Shown: piece after piece, positions 14,077 through 22,757 of the stretch
Layout of the letters: each line of letters opens with the position of its first letter
Numbering within the stretch: position 1 is the first letter of the stretch
Origin: Anaeromyxobacteraceae bacterium
GTDB lineage: Bacteria > Myxococcota > Myxococcia > Myxococcales > Anaeromyxobacteraceae
Direction of reading: 5' to 3'
Assembly: GCA_047602405.1 (NCBI GenBank)
Contig: JASGHJ010000002.1
Coordinates: 1,472,001-1,536,000 of the forward strand
DNA length: 64,000 nucleotides
Made by a program: the position numbers and the translations under genes
The notes under the pieces: generated by a model
What the model saw: the letters and a program-made list of their open reading frames with translations, nothing else
Told to the model about the DNA's origin: nothing
Database searches by the model: none

Positions 14077-15168
14077 TCAGCGCTCCGTGCAGCTGATGCA
14101 GGGGTCGATCGTGAGGATGATGTTCGGGACGTCGGCGAGGTCGCAGTCCTTGAGGAGCTGGATCATCGCGGGCAGGTTGCCGAACGTGGGCGTGCGCGCC
14201 CGGAAGCGCTCCAGGAACTTCGTCCCGTTGCCGCGCAGGTAGTAGACGACCTCGCCGCGGGGCTGCTCGAGCCGGACGAAGGCCTCGCCCGACGGCGTGC
14301 CGCGGACCTTCGCGACGAGCGGCCCGTCGGCGGGCGGGATGCGCGCGATGGCCTGCTTCACGAGGTCGATGGCCTGGTCGAGCTCGCGCACGCGCACCTT
14401 GCACCGCGCCAGGCAGTCGCCGTCCTGCTCGAGGACGGGCTCGAAGGCGAGCTCGTGGTAGCGCGGGAAGTCCTCGTCCCCGCCCATCCGGACGTCGAGC
14501 GCCACGCCGGAGGCGCGCGCCATCGGCCCCACCGCGCCGGTGCGCACGGCCTCCTCGCGGGAGAGGTGGCCGACGCCGGCGAGGCGGTGGTGGATCGAGG
14601 CGTCCTCGAAGAAGACCTTCCTGACCTCGCGGAGGTCCTCGCGGAGCTGGTCGAGCGTCCGCTCGATGTGCTGGAGGGCGTCGGGCGCGACGTCCCGTGC
14701 CACGCCGCCGATCCGGTTGACCGAGAAGATGATGCGCCCGCCGGTGGTCTGGTCGAAGAGGTCGATGACCCGCTCGCGCAGCCGCCAGCAGTGCATGAAC
14801 AGGTTCTCGAAGCCGAAGCCGTCCGCCGCGAGCCCGAGCCACAGGAGGTGGCTGTGGATCCGCGAGAGCTCCGCCCAGATCAGCCGGAGCCACTGGGCGC
14901 GGGCCGGGACGTCGACCTTCATGATCCGCTCGACGCCCATCGCGTAGCCCATGCCGTGCATGAAGCTGCAGATGCCGCAGATGCGATCGGCGACGTTGCC
15001 GAAGTCGGTGAACTCGACCTTCTCGACCATCGCCTCGAGGCCGCGGTGGACGTAGCCGATGGCGGGCACCGCGTCGACCACGCGCTCGTCCTCGAGGACG
15101 AGGTCGAGCACGATCGGCTCGGGCAGCACGGGGTGCTGCGGGCCGAACGGGATGAACGTGCGCTTCAT
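14077..15168 (-). CDS. echE: Ech (group 4) [NiFe] hydrogenase large subunit
   Basis: PFGPQHP, GYVHRG, L1 RICGICS and L2 DPCISCTER at the extreme C-terminus with no cleavable extension. Confidence 0.93.
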   Translation of the reverse strand: MKRTFIPFGPQHPVLPEPIVLDLVLEDERVVDAVPAIGYVHRGLEAMVEKVEFTDFGNVADRICGICSFMHGMGYAMGVERIMKVDVPARAQWLRLIWAELSRIHSHLLWLGLAADGFGFENLFMHCWRLRERVIDLFDQTTGGRIIFSVNRIGGVARDVAPDALQHIERTLDQLREDLREVRKVFFEDASIHHRLAGVGHLSREEAVRTGAVGPMARASGVALDVRMGGDEDFPRYHELAFEPVLEQDGDCLARCKVRVRELDQAIDLVKQAIARIPPADGPLVAKVRGTPSGEAFVRLEQPRGEVVYYLRGNGTKFLERFRARTPTFGNLPAMIQLLKDCDLADVPNIILTIDPCISCTER

Positions 15169-15546
15169 GACACCTTGCCCCGGGCGGCGAGCCGCTCCTT
15201 GATGGCCTTGCCGGAGAACGGGACCTTCCGGGAGGTCCGGTAGAGCTCGCCGCGGAAGTCGACGGTGAGCCCGGTCACGTCCACGCCGAAGAAGCTCGCG
15301 GATCTCGTTCTCGTAGAGGAAGGCGGACCCGAAGAGGGCCGACAGGCTCGGCACCCGCGCGCCGTGCTCGACCCGCTCGCGCAGGTGCTGGAGCTTGCCG
15401 CCCTGCTCGAAGGTCCAGACGAGGTCGACGTCGCCCTCCTCCTGGCCGGCCGCGGGCGGCAGGCCGGTCGCGTTGATGAGGACGAGCCGCCAGCCCGCCT
15501 TCGCGAGGCGCTCCGCCTCCCCGAGGAACCGCTCCGCGTCGATCAC
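15165..15546 (-). CDS. echD: Ech hydrogenase subunit D (NuoC-like); one extra base near 15291
   Basis: VPSLSALFGSAFLYENEIREL continues as FGVDVTGLTVDFRGELY in the +1 frame; span is 3n+1; start and stop overlap the neighbouring genes. Confidence 0.8.
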
Positions 15547-15965
15547 GACTCCCTCCGCTTCCGCTCCAGGATCTCCACGCCCCGCAGGACCCCGTCGATG
15601 ATGCTCTCGGGGCGCGCGGCACAGCCGGGCACGTACGCGTCGACCGGGATCACCTGGTCGATGCCGCCCTTCACGTTGTAGGCCCGGGCGAAGATGCCCC
15701 CCGAGCTCGCGCAGGCGCCGACCGCGACCACGACCTTGGGGTCGGGCATCTGCCGGTAGAGGTTCTGGACCACGTCGACGTTCCGCTCGTTGACGCTGCC
15801 GGTCACGAGGAGGATGTCGGCGTGCCGCGGGTTGCCGGTGTTGATCACGCCCAGCCGCTCGGCGTCGTAGAGCGGCGTGAGGCAGGCGAGCACCTCGATG
15901 TCGCAGCCGTTGCAGCTCGAGGCGTCGTAGTGCAGCACCCACGGGGACTTCGACAGGGAGGACAC
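15543..15965 (-). CDS. echC: Ech hydrogenase small subunit (NuoB-like)
   Basis: KSPWVLHYDASSCNGCDIE, GACASSGG and YVPGCAARPE motifs. Confidence 0.92.
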   Translation of the reverse strand: MSSLSKSPWVLHYDASSCNGCDIEVLACLTPLYDAERLGVINTGNPRHADILLVTGSVNERNVDVVQNLYRQMPDPKVVVAVGACASSGGIFARAYNVKGGIDQVIPVDAYVPGCAARPESIIDGVLRGVEILERKRRES

Positions 15966-15966
15966 G

Positions 15967-16822
15967 TCACCACCCCCGGAGGGAGACGAGGAGGGCGTTG
16001 CCGCCGGCGAGGAGCAGCGTCGCCGCCCAGGCCGAGCGCAGCATGAGCTGCCACGTCGCGCGCGCGGTGACGTTGTCCACGAGGATCTCGAGGAAGAGCG
16101 CCAGGAGGGCGGCGCCGATCGCGAGGGGCACGCTCCAGTTGAAGAAGAGGCAGGACGAACAGCCCCAGCAGCACGGTCTCGATCCAGTGGCCGAGCTCGA
16201 CCCAGGCGAGGAGGCGCGCCGACATGTCGGAGGTGAGCCCGCGCACGAGCTCCTGGTGGGCGTGGTGCGAGGTCGAGAGGTCGAAGGGCGACTTGCGCAG
16301 CTTGATGGTGACCACGACGAGGAACGCGAGGAGCACGCCCGGCAGCGCGAGCGCCACCTTGACCGGCGAGGCGAGGACGCCGGGCAGGGTGCTCGCGCCG
16401 GTCACGCGGCAGACGAGCGCCGCGAGCAGGATGAGGAGCGGCTCGGTCGCGAGCAGCGCCACGAGCTCGCGCTCGGCCCCCGCCGAGCCGAACGGCGAGT
16501 CCGCCGACCCGGCCGCGAGCGTGAGCAGGAGGGAGGAGAGGGCGAAGACGAAGGTGGCGAGGAGGAGGTCGCCGCCGCCGACGACGAGCGCGCCGGCGAG
16601 GGCCATCGTGACCACGTGCCCGAGGAGCAGCGGCTCGGCGAGGCCGTTCACCGTGCGGACCTCCTTCGAGAGGAGCTTGCCGAGGTCGAAGAACGGCTGC
16701 AGGAGCGGCGGCCCGATCCGGCCCTGCATGCGGGCGGTGACGACCCGGTCGGCGCCGGCGAGGAGGCCGCCGGCGAGCGGGGCGAGGAGGACGAACGCGA
16801 GGGCGGACAGGAGCGGGCTCAC
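15967..16822 (-). CDS. echB: Ech hydrogenase membrane subunit B (NuoH-like); one extra base near 16150
   Basis: DRVVTARMQGRIGPPLLQPFFDLGKL, KSPFDLSTSHHAHQELVRG; the C-terminal ILVDNVTARATWQ lies in the +1 frame; span is 3n+1. Confidence 0.85.
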
Positions 16823-18744
16823 GGCTTCACCACCGCGCCGAGGAGGAGGGTCGCGGCGACGACCACGGCACCGAGGGCCGCGCCGGCGCGGAACACGCGC
16901 CCGCCGTCGAGGAGGCCCCGCAGGTAGAAGTTGCGCGTCGAGAGCTCGCGCGCGCCCCCGCGCGGGGACGAGACCGTGTGCGAGGCGGAGACGGTCCGGC
17001 CCGAGACGTAGATGCCGCCGAGGTCGTGGGTGGGCCGCACCGTGAGACGCCACGCGGCGAGGGGCAGGAACGCGGTGGCCACCACCAGCGCCGGGGCCAT
17101 CCAGGGGTCGAGCGCGAGGAGCGGTCCCTCGCCCCCGGGGAGCGCGGCCTGGACCCACGGGGACACGACCGCGCTCGAGAGCACGCCCACGCCGCCGGCG
17201 AGCCCGAGCACGAGCGCGGCGTGGGTGGTCTCGGCGAACCACTCGAACCCGCTCACGCGGGCCTCGATGGCGCGCTCGGGCTCCGGGATCGCCCGGGTCG
17301 CGAGGACCTTCAGGAGCAGCTTCGCCCAGTAGTAGAGGGTGCAGCCGCTGCCGAACGAGAGCACGAGGAGGGCGACCGCGCCCGCCCACCCCGGGAGCAT
17401 CAGGAAGGCGCGGATGGCGGTCCACTTCGCGATCACCACGCCGAAGGGCGCGATGAACATGCCGGCGATGCCGGTGAGCGCGAGCACCGCCACCCGGGGG
17501 AGCCGCGAGACGAGGTGGTCGAGGTTCTCGAGGTCCTTCGTGTAGAAGCGGTTCTCGAGGGTGCCGACGACGAGGAAGAGCAGGCTCTTCGCGACCGCGT
17601 GGAAGATCACGAGCATCACCGCCGCCCAGAGCGCCACCGCGTTCGCGAGGCCGGCGCACGCGACGATGAGCCCGAGGTTCGCGAGGGTCGAGCAGGCGAG
17701 CACCTTCTTCGCGTTCTGCTCCCCGACCGCCACGAGCGAGGCGGTGAGGAACGTGAGGAGGCCGACGGTCGCCACGCCGCCGCCGACGACCGTGCCGGCC
17801 ATGGCGGGGGCGAGCCGGATGAGGAGGAAGACGCCCGCCTTCACCATGGTCGAGGAGTGGAGCAGGGCGGAGGTGGGCGTGGGCGCGTACATGGCGCCGA
17901 GGAGCCAGGACGAGAACGGCAGCTGCGCGCTCTTCGTGAGCCCCGCGAGGGCGAGCAGGCCGAGCGCCGGGACCGCGGCGGGGCCGAGCGCGCCGGAGGC
18001 GAGCGTGGCCACGTCGAGCCCGCCGGGGATGCGCGCGAGGAGGAGGATGGCGACGGCGAAGCCGAGGCCGCCGAGGAGGTTCAGCTCGAGGGCCCGGAAC
18101 GCGTACCCGATCGTCTCCTCGGTGCGCGTGTAGCCGATGAGGAGGAACGAGCAGAGCGTCGTCACCTCCCAGAACAGGTACAGGTGCGGCAGCTCGTTCG
18201 CGACGACGAGGCCGAACATCGCCGAGACGAACACGAACAGCAGGAAGAAGAACGAGGTGCGCCGGCCGGCGACCTGCGGGTGCTGCCGGTGGTAGTCGCG
18301 CATGTAGCCGAGCGCGTGGACGCAGATGAGCGTCCCCAGGATCCCGACGATCGCGATCATGACCACAGAGAGGTGATCGACGCGGAGCGCGCGGCCCTCG
18401 ACCGCCTCGGGGTGGCCGGTCCACTCGAGCCAGGCGCCGATCCCGAACTGCGCGACGGCGAGGGCCGGGGCGAGGGGCCGGCGGTGCCGGAGGCCCAGGC
18501 CGACGACGAGCAGGGCGAGCGCGGCCTCCACCGCGAGGACGAGGTGCGGCGGCAGCTCTACCGGCGCCGCGAGGAAGGCCGGGCCGGTCCCGGCGAACTC
18601 GACCGCGACGGCGAGCGTGGCCGCCGCCACAGTCACGCAGGCGGCGAGCACCACCGCGGTGCGGCGCGCCGGCCGGGTGGTGAAGAGCAGCGCGGCGCTC
18701 GCGGCGAGCGGGACGAGGAGGAGCGTGACGAGGAGCGGGAGCAT
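16819..18744 (-). CDS. echA: Ech hydrogenase membrane antiporter-like subunit A (NuoL/MrpA-like)
   Basis: FWEVTTLCSFLLIGY, KSAQLPFSSWLLGAMYAPTPTSALLHSSTMVKAG, HAVAKSLLFL. Confidence 0.9.
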   Translation of the reverse strand: MLPLLVTLLLVPLAASAALLFTTRPARRTAVVLAACVTVAAATLAVAVEFAGTGPAFLAAPVELPPHLVLAVEAALALLVVGLGLRHRRPLAPALAVAQFGIGAWLEWTGHPEAVEGRALRVDHLSVVMIAIVGILGTLICVHALGYMRDYHRQHPQVAGRRTSFFFLLFVFVSAMFGLVVANELPHLYLFWEVTTLCSFLLIGYTRTEETIGYAFRALELNLLGGLGFAVAILLLARIPGGLDVATLASGALGPAAVPALGLLALAGLTKSAQLPFSSWLLGAMYAPTPTSALLHSSTMVKAGVFLLIRLAPAMAGTVVGGGVATVGLLTFLTASLVAVGEQNAKKVLACSTLANLGLIVACAGLANAVALWAAVMLVIFHAVAKSLLFLVVGTLENRFYTKDLENLDHLVSRLPRVAVLALTGIAGMFIAPFGVVIAKWTAIRAFLMLPGWAGAVALLVLSFGSGCTLYYWAKLLLKVLATRAIPEPERAIEARVSGFEWFAETTHAALVLGLAGGVGVLSSAVVSPWVQAALPGGEGPLLALDPWMAPALVVATAFLPLAAWRLTVRPTHDLGGIYVSGRTVSASHTVSSPRGGARELSTRNFYLRGLLDGGRVFRAGAALGAVVVAATLLLGAVVKP

Positions 18745-19212
18745 CTAGCGGCCTCGACGGTGGGGCGCGCCGGCCGGGGCGCGGGAGGTCTCTTCCAGGA
18801 GGTGCTCGACCGCCTCGACGAGGACGGCGGGGGCGAGCGGCTTCTCGACGTAGCGGTGCACGGGGAGCCAGCCGTCGCGGTCCTGCGCCTCGAGGTCGGC
18901 CTCGTCGAGGTGGTCGTCCACGCCCGTGAGCATCAGGATTGGCGTGGCCGGGTGGGCCTTCGCCATCCAGCGCGCGAGCTCGAAGCCCGCGTCGAAGCGC
19001 TCCATCATCACGTCCAGGATCAGGAGGTCCGGGCGGAGCGCTTCCACGGCGGTGCGCCCCTCCGCGGCGGAGTGGGCGACCGAGGCGCGGTGGCCCGCCG
19101 CCTCGAGGACCGCCCGGTGCCGGGCGACGAGGTCGACGTCGTCGTCGACGATCAGGACGTGGGCGTGCGGGGCTTCGTGGACCGCGGACACGTGCGTGCC
19201 TTTCTCGGCCAC
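18745..19212 (-). CDS. Stand-alone response regulator (receiver domain only)
   Basis: VLIVDDD, DLLILDVMM, LMLTG and EKP motifs; abuts echA. Confidence 0.88.
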   Translation of the reverse strand: MAEKGTHVSAVHEAPHAHVLIVDDDVDLVARHRAVLEAAGHRASVAHSAAEGRTAVEALRPDLLILDVMMERFDAGFELARWMAKAHPATPILMLTGVDDHLDEADLEAQDRDGWLPVHRYVEKPLAPAVLVEAVEHLLEETSRAPAGAPHRRGR

Positions 19213-19280
19213 GGAGGGTGGCCAGGAGGTGGTGCGGAGCCTCCACGCGGACCGGACGCCGGGCCGCCGCCGGGCCCTGG

Positions 19281-19297
19281 AGCAAAGTTCCGGCCAA
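19281..19297 (-). promoter_or_regulatory. Putative sigma54 (-24/-12) promoter for the receiver-echABCDEF operon
   Basis: Minus strand reads TTGGCCGGAACTTTGCT: GG-N10-GC with TTGC, close to consensus YTGGCACG-N4-TTGCW, about 70 nt upstream of the first gene. Confidence 0.6.
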
Positions 19298-19542
19298 CGC
19301 GAGGGCCCGGGCAGACCTGGGGCATTTCACCCAGGCCCGGCCGCGATCGGCGTCTGGCGGGCCGCGACCGGCGACGCGGGCCGTGAACCGGGACGCGCGA
19401 CCGCTCCACGGGTCATGGCGCGGAGGTGTGGCGTTGCGCCGCGCCACGGCGCGCGCTGCGCGATCACGCAGAATCCGCGCGTCCCGCACCCGTTTCGCGG
19501 TGGGTGCGGGCATTGCAGGGCACGACGTGAGGAGGATTTCGC

Positions 19543-21558
19543 ATGGAAACCGGGGTCTCGGATCGGAGGGCCGGCGCACGCGATGCGGAGCCCGCGCTCG
19601 TCTTCACGGCCGGGGACCGCTGCCGCCTCTGCTTCACGTGCCTGCGCGAGTGCCCGGCGAAGGCCATCCAGGTCAAGGGAGGCCAGGCGGCGGTCGTGTC
19701 GGAGCGCTGCGTCGCCTGCGGCCACTGCGTGCGGGTGTGCAGCCAGGGGGCGAAGCAGTACCGGCGGGACGTCGACGAGGTGCGGGCCCTGCTCGCCTCC
19801 GGCGCGCGCGCGGCGATCTGCCTCTCCCCCGTGTTCCCCGTGGAGTTCGACGACGTCCCGGAGCCGCGCCTCCTGGGCCGGCTCCGTGCCCTCGGCTTCG
19901 CGTTCGTGGTGGACGCCGGCTTCGGCAACGACCTCGTCGCGCGCGCCTACCGCGAGCTCCTCTCGCCGGAGGGGGGCGGGCGGCGCCGCATCGCCACGAC
20001 CTGCCCGGCCATGGTCGGCTACGTCGAGCGGTTCCACCCGGCGCTCGTCCCGGCGCTCGCGCCGGTGGTGTCGCCGATGGTGGCGATCGCGCGGTGGCTC
20101 CGCGCGGAGCACGGCGAGGACCTCCAGGTCGTCTACGCGGGCCCGTGCGTGGCGAAGAAGGCCGAGCGCCGGGCCCCGGACGTCGCGGGCGACGTCGCCC
20201 GGGTGCTCACCTTCGACGAGCTGCGGGAGCTGTTGCGGGGCGCGCCGGGCGACGCACCGGACGGCGGGTTCGACGGCCCGGCCGGCTTCGGCGCCCCGCT
20301 GAAGGTCCAGCTCGGCAGGCCGGGGGCGCGGCCGCGCCCGCCGCACGCGGTGGTCTCGGCCGACGGCCGGCTCCGGGCCTACGAGGCGGTCGAGGAGGCC
20401 GCCTCCGGCGCGGTCGAGGCGGAGCTCCTGCACCTGCTCTCCTGCCGCGGCTGCGTCGAGGGCCCGGGCTGCACGACCCGGGCGCCGCACTTCGCGCGGG
20501 TCGGGGCGCTCTCCCGCCACGCGCGGGAGCGGCTGACCCGCTTCGACGAGCCCGCCTGGACGCGCCGGCTGGACGCGGCCGAGGCGCTCCCGCTCGACCG
20601 GACGTTCGCCGCGCGCGACGTGCGGCAGAGGGCGCCGAAGGACGCGGTGCTGGACGGGATCCTCGCTCGCCTCGGCAAGGCGCGGCCGCAGGACGAGCTC
20701 AACTGCGGCGCCTGCGGGTACGAGACCTGCCGCGGCCTCGCCCGGGCGATCCACGCCGGGCTGGCCGAGCCCGACATGTGCCTCCCGTCGAGCGTGGAGC
20801 ACCTCCGGGCGGCCCTCTCCGACCTCGCCGACGCGAACCAGCGGCTCGCGAGCACGCAGGACGCGCTCGCGCACGCGGAGCGGCTCGCCAACCTCGGCCA
20901 GCTCGCCGCGGGCGTGGCCCACGAGCTCAACAACCCGCTCGGCGTCATCCTCGTCTACGCGCACCTCCTCCTCGACGCCTGCCCGCCCGAGCGACCCGAC
21001 CGCCCGGATCTCGCGCTCATCGCCGAGCACGCCGACCGCTGCCGCCGGATCGTGAGCGGCCTCCTCGACTTCGCCCGGCAGAACAAGCTCGTGGTGCAGG
21101 CGGTGGACCTCCCCCGGCTCGTCGCGAACGCGCTCCGCGCCGCGCCCCCGCCCGCCGGGATCGAGGTGGTCACGGCGCACGCGGGCGACCCGGTGGCCGC
21201 GCTCGACCGGGACCAGCTCGCGCAGGTGCTGGCGAACCTCGTCGGGAACGCCTACGACGCGATGCCCGAGGGCGGGCGCCTCACCGTGCGGACCTCGGGG
21301 GACGCGGATCGCGTGCGGATCGAGGTCGAGGACACCGGCACCGGGATCCAGCCCGAGCACCTCGGCCGGGTGTTCGAGCCGTTCTTCTCGACGAAGCCCA
21401 TCGGGCGGGGCACCGGCCTCGGGCTCGCGGTCTGCTACGGGATCGTGAAGGTCCACCGCGGCGAGCTCGCGGTGCGCTCGAACGCGGACCCGGCCCGCGG
21501 GCCGCGGGGGACGACCTTCAGCGTGGTGCTGCCCCGCCGGGTGGAGGCGTCGCCGTGA
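19543..21558 (+). CDS. [FeFe]-hydrogenase-like (group C/HydS-type) Fe-S sensor histidine kinase
   Basis: Two ferredoxin motifs (CRLCFTCLRECP, CVACGHCVRVC); H-cluster-like motifs TTCP, GPCVAKKAE, LSCRGCVEGPG; FeS motif LNCGACGYETC...MC; H-box AHELNNPL; HATPase N/G1/F/G2 boxes. Confidence 0.85.
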   Translation: METGVSDRRAGARDAEPALVFTAGDRCRLCFTCLRECPAKAIQVKGGQAAVVSERCVACGHCVRVCSQGAKQYRRDVDEVRALLASGARAAICLSPVFPVEFDDVPEPRLLGRLRALGFAFVVDAGFGNDLVARAYRELLSPEGGGRRRIATTCPAMVGYVERFHPALVPALAPVVSPMVAIARWLRAEHGEDLQVVYAGPCVAKKAERRAPDVAGDVARVLTFDELRELLRGAPGDAPDGGFDGPAGFGAPLKVQLGRPGARPRPPHAVVSADGRLRAYEAVEEAASGAVEAELLHLLSCRGCVEGPGCTTRAPHFARVGALSRHARERLTRFDEPAWTRRLDAAEALPLDRTFAARDVRQRAPKDAVLDGILARLGKARPQDELNCGACGYETCRGLARAIHAGLAEPDMCLPSSVEHLRAALSDLADANQRLASTQDALAHAERLANLGQLAAGVAHELNNPLGVILVYAHLLLDACPPERPDRPDLALIAEHADRCRRIVSGLLDFARQNKLVVQAVDLPRLVANALRAAPPPAGIEVVTAHAGDPVAALDRDQLAQVLANLVGNAYDAMPEGGRLTVRTSGDADRVRIEVEDTGTGIQPEHLGRVFEPFFSTKPIGRGTGLGLAVCYGIVKVHRGELAVRSNADPARGPRGTTFSVVLPRRVEASP

Positions 21559-22724
21559 CGCCGGCCGCCGCCGACGGGCCGCTCACCCTCTCGGTGCTCG
21601 TCGTGGACGACGAGCCCGGGATGCGCCTCGGGGCGGCCCGGGTGCTCGCGGGCTTCCGCTGCGCGCCGCCGGAGGCCGAGGGGCGGGAGGTCGCGCTGCG
21701 GGTCGAGGCCGTCGAGACCGGCGAGGCCGCGCTGGAGCGCATCCGGGCGGAGCGGCCCGACCTCGTGCTCCTCGACGAGCGGCTGCCGGGGCTCTCGGGG
21801 CTGGAGGTCCTCGCCCGCCTCGCGGCCGAGGCGCCCGAGGTGCTCACGGTCATGGTGACCGCCTACGCGACGCTCGGGGCCGCCGTCGCCGCGACGAAGC
21901 GCGGCGCGTTCGACTTCCTCGCGAAGCCGTTCACGCCCGACGAGCTCAGGGCCACCGTGGAGAAGGCGGTCCGGCACGCCCTGCTCCTGCGGCAGGCGCG
22001 CCGCCACGCCGACGAGCGCCGCCGCATCCGGTTCGAGTTCGTGTCGGTGCTGGCGCACGAGCTCAAGGCGCCGCTCTCCGCGGTGGAGGGGAACCTGCTC
22101 GACATGGAGGCCGGCGTGTTCGGCCCGGACCTCGCGAGCTACCGGGCCTCGGTCGCGCGCGGCGTCGAGCGGCTGCGCGGGATGCGGCGGCTCGTGGCGG
22201 ACCTGCTCGACCTCACCGCCATCGAGTCCGGGGAGCGCCGCCGCGCGCTCGTCACCCTCGAGGTCGGCGCGGTGGCGGCGGCCATCCTCGACGGGTTCTC
22301 GCGGGCCGCTGGGGAGGCGGGCGTCGCGCTCCGGCTGGCCCCCGCGGACCCGGTCTGGGCCGAGGTCGACCGGCGCGAGCTCGAGCTCGTCCTCACGAAC
22401 CTCGTCGACAACGCCATCAAGTACAACCGGCGCGGCGGCCGCGTGGAGGTCGCGGTGGCGCCGGTCGATGGCCGGGTCCGCGTGGTGGTGGAGGACACCG
22501 GCATCGGCATCGCGCCGGAGGAGGCCGCGGGCCTCTTCAAGGAGTTCGTCCGCGTGCGCACCGCCGAGACCCGGCACCTGCCCGGCAGCGGCCTCGGGCT
22601 CGCCACGGTCCGCAAGGTCGCGCAGCTCTACGGGGGCGACGCCACGCTCCGGAGCGAGCCCGGCGCGGGCACGCGCGTCGAGGTCGAGCTCGGCCCGGTC
22701 GCGGCAGGGCCCCGGGGGAGCTGA
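21555..22724 (+). CDS. Hybrid receiver-histidine kinase
   Basis: VVDDE...LLDERLPG...TAY...KPF receiver; AHELKAPL H-box; NLVDNAIKY, DTGIG and GSGLGL boxes; GTG overlaps the upstream TGA. Confidence 0.9.
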   Translation: MTPAAADGPLTLSVLVVDDEPGMRLGAARVLAGFRCAPPEAEGREVALRVEAVETGEAALERIRAERPDLVLLDERLPGLSGLEVLARLAAEAPEVLTVMVTAYATLGAAVAATKRGAFDFLAKPFTPDELRATVEKAVRHALLLRQARRHADERRRIRFEFVSVLAHELKAPLSAVEGNLLDMEAGVFGPDLASYRASVARGVERLRGMRRLVADLLDLTAIESGERRRALVTLEVGAVAAAILDGFSRAAGEAGVALRLAPADPVWAEVDRRELELVLTNLVDNAIKYNRRGGRVEVAVAPVDGRVRVVVEDTGIGIAPEEAAGLFKEFVRVRTAETRHLPGSGLGLATVRKVAQLYGGDATLRSEPGAGTRVEVELGPVAAGPRGS

Positions 22725-22757
22725 GGCCCCCGGAGCGCGCCCGCGCCGCCCGGGAGC

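Noticed and set aside
13655..18744. NADH dehydrogenase (nuo) or Mrp antiporter operon
   Set aside because: The large subunit has both Ni-binding CxxC motifs (RICGIC, DPCISC) and the six-gene order matches echABCDEF.
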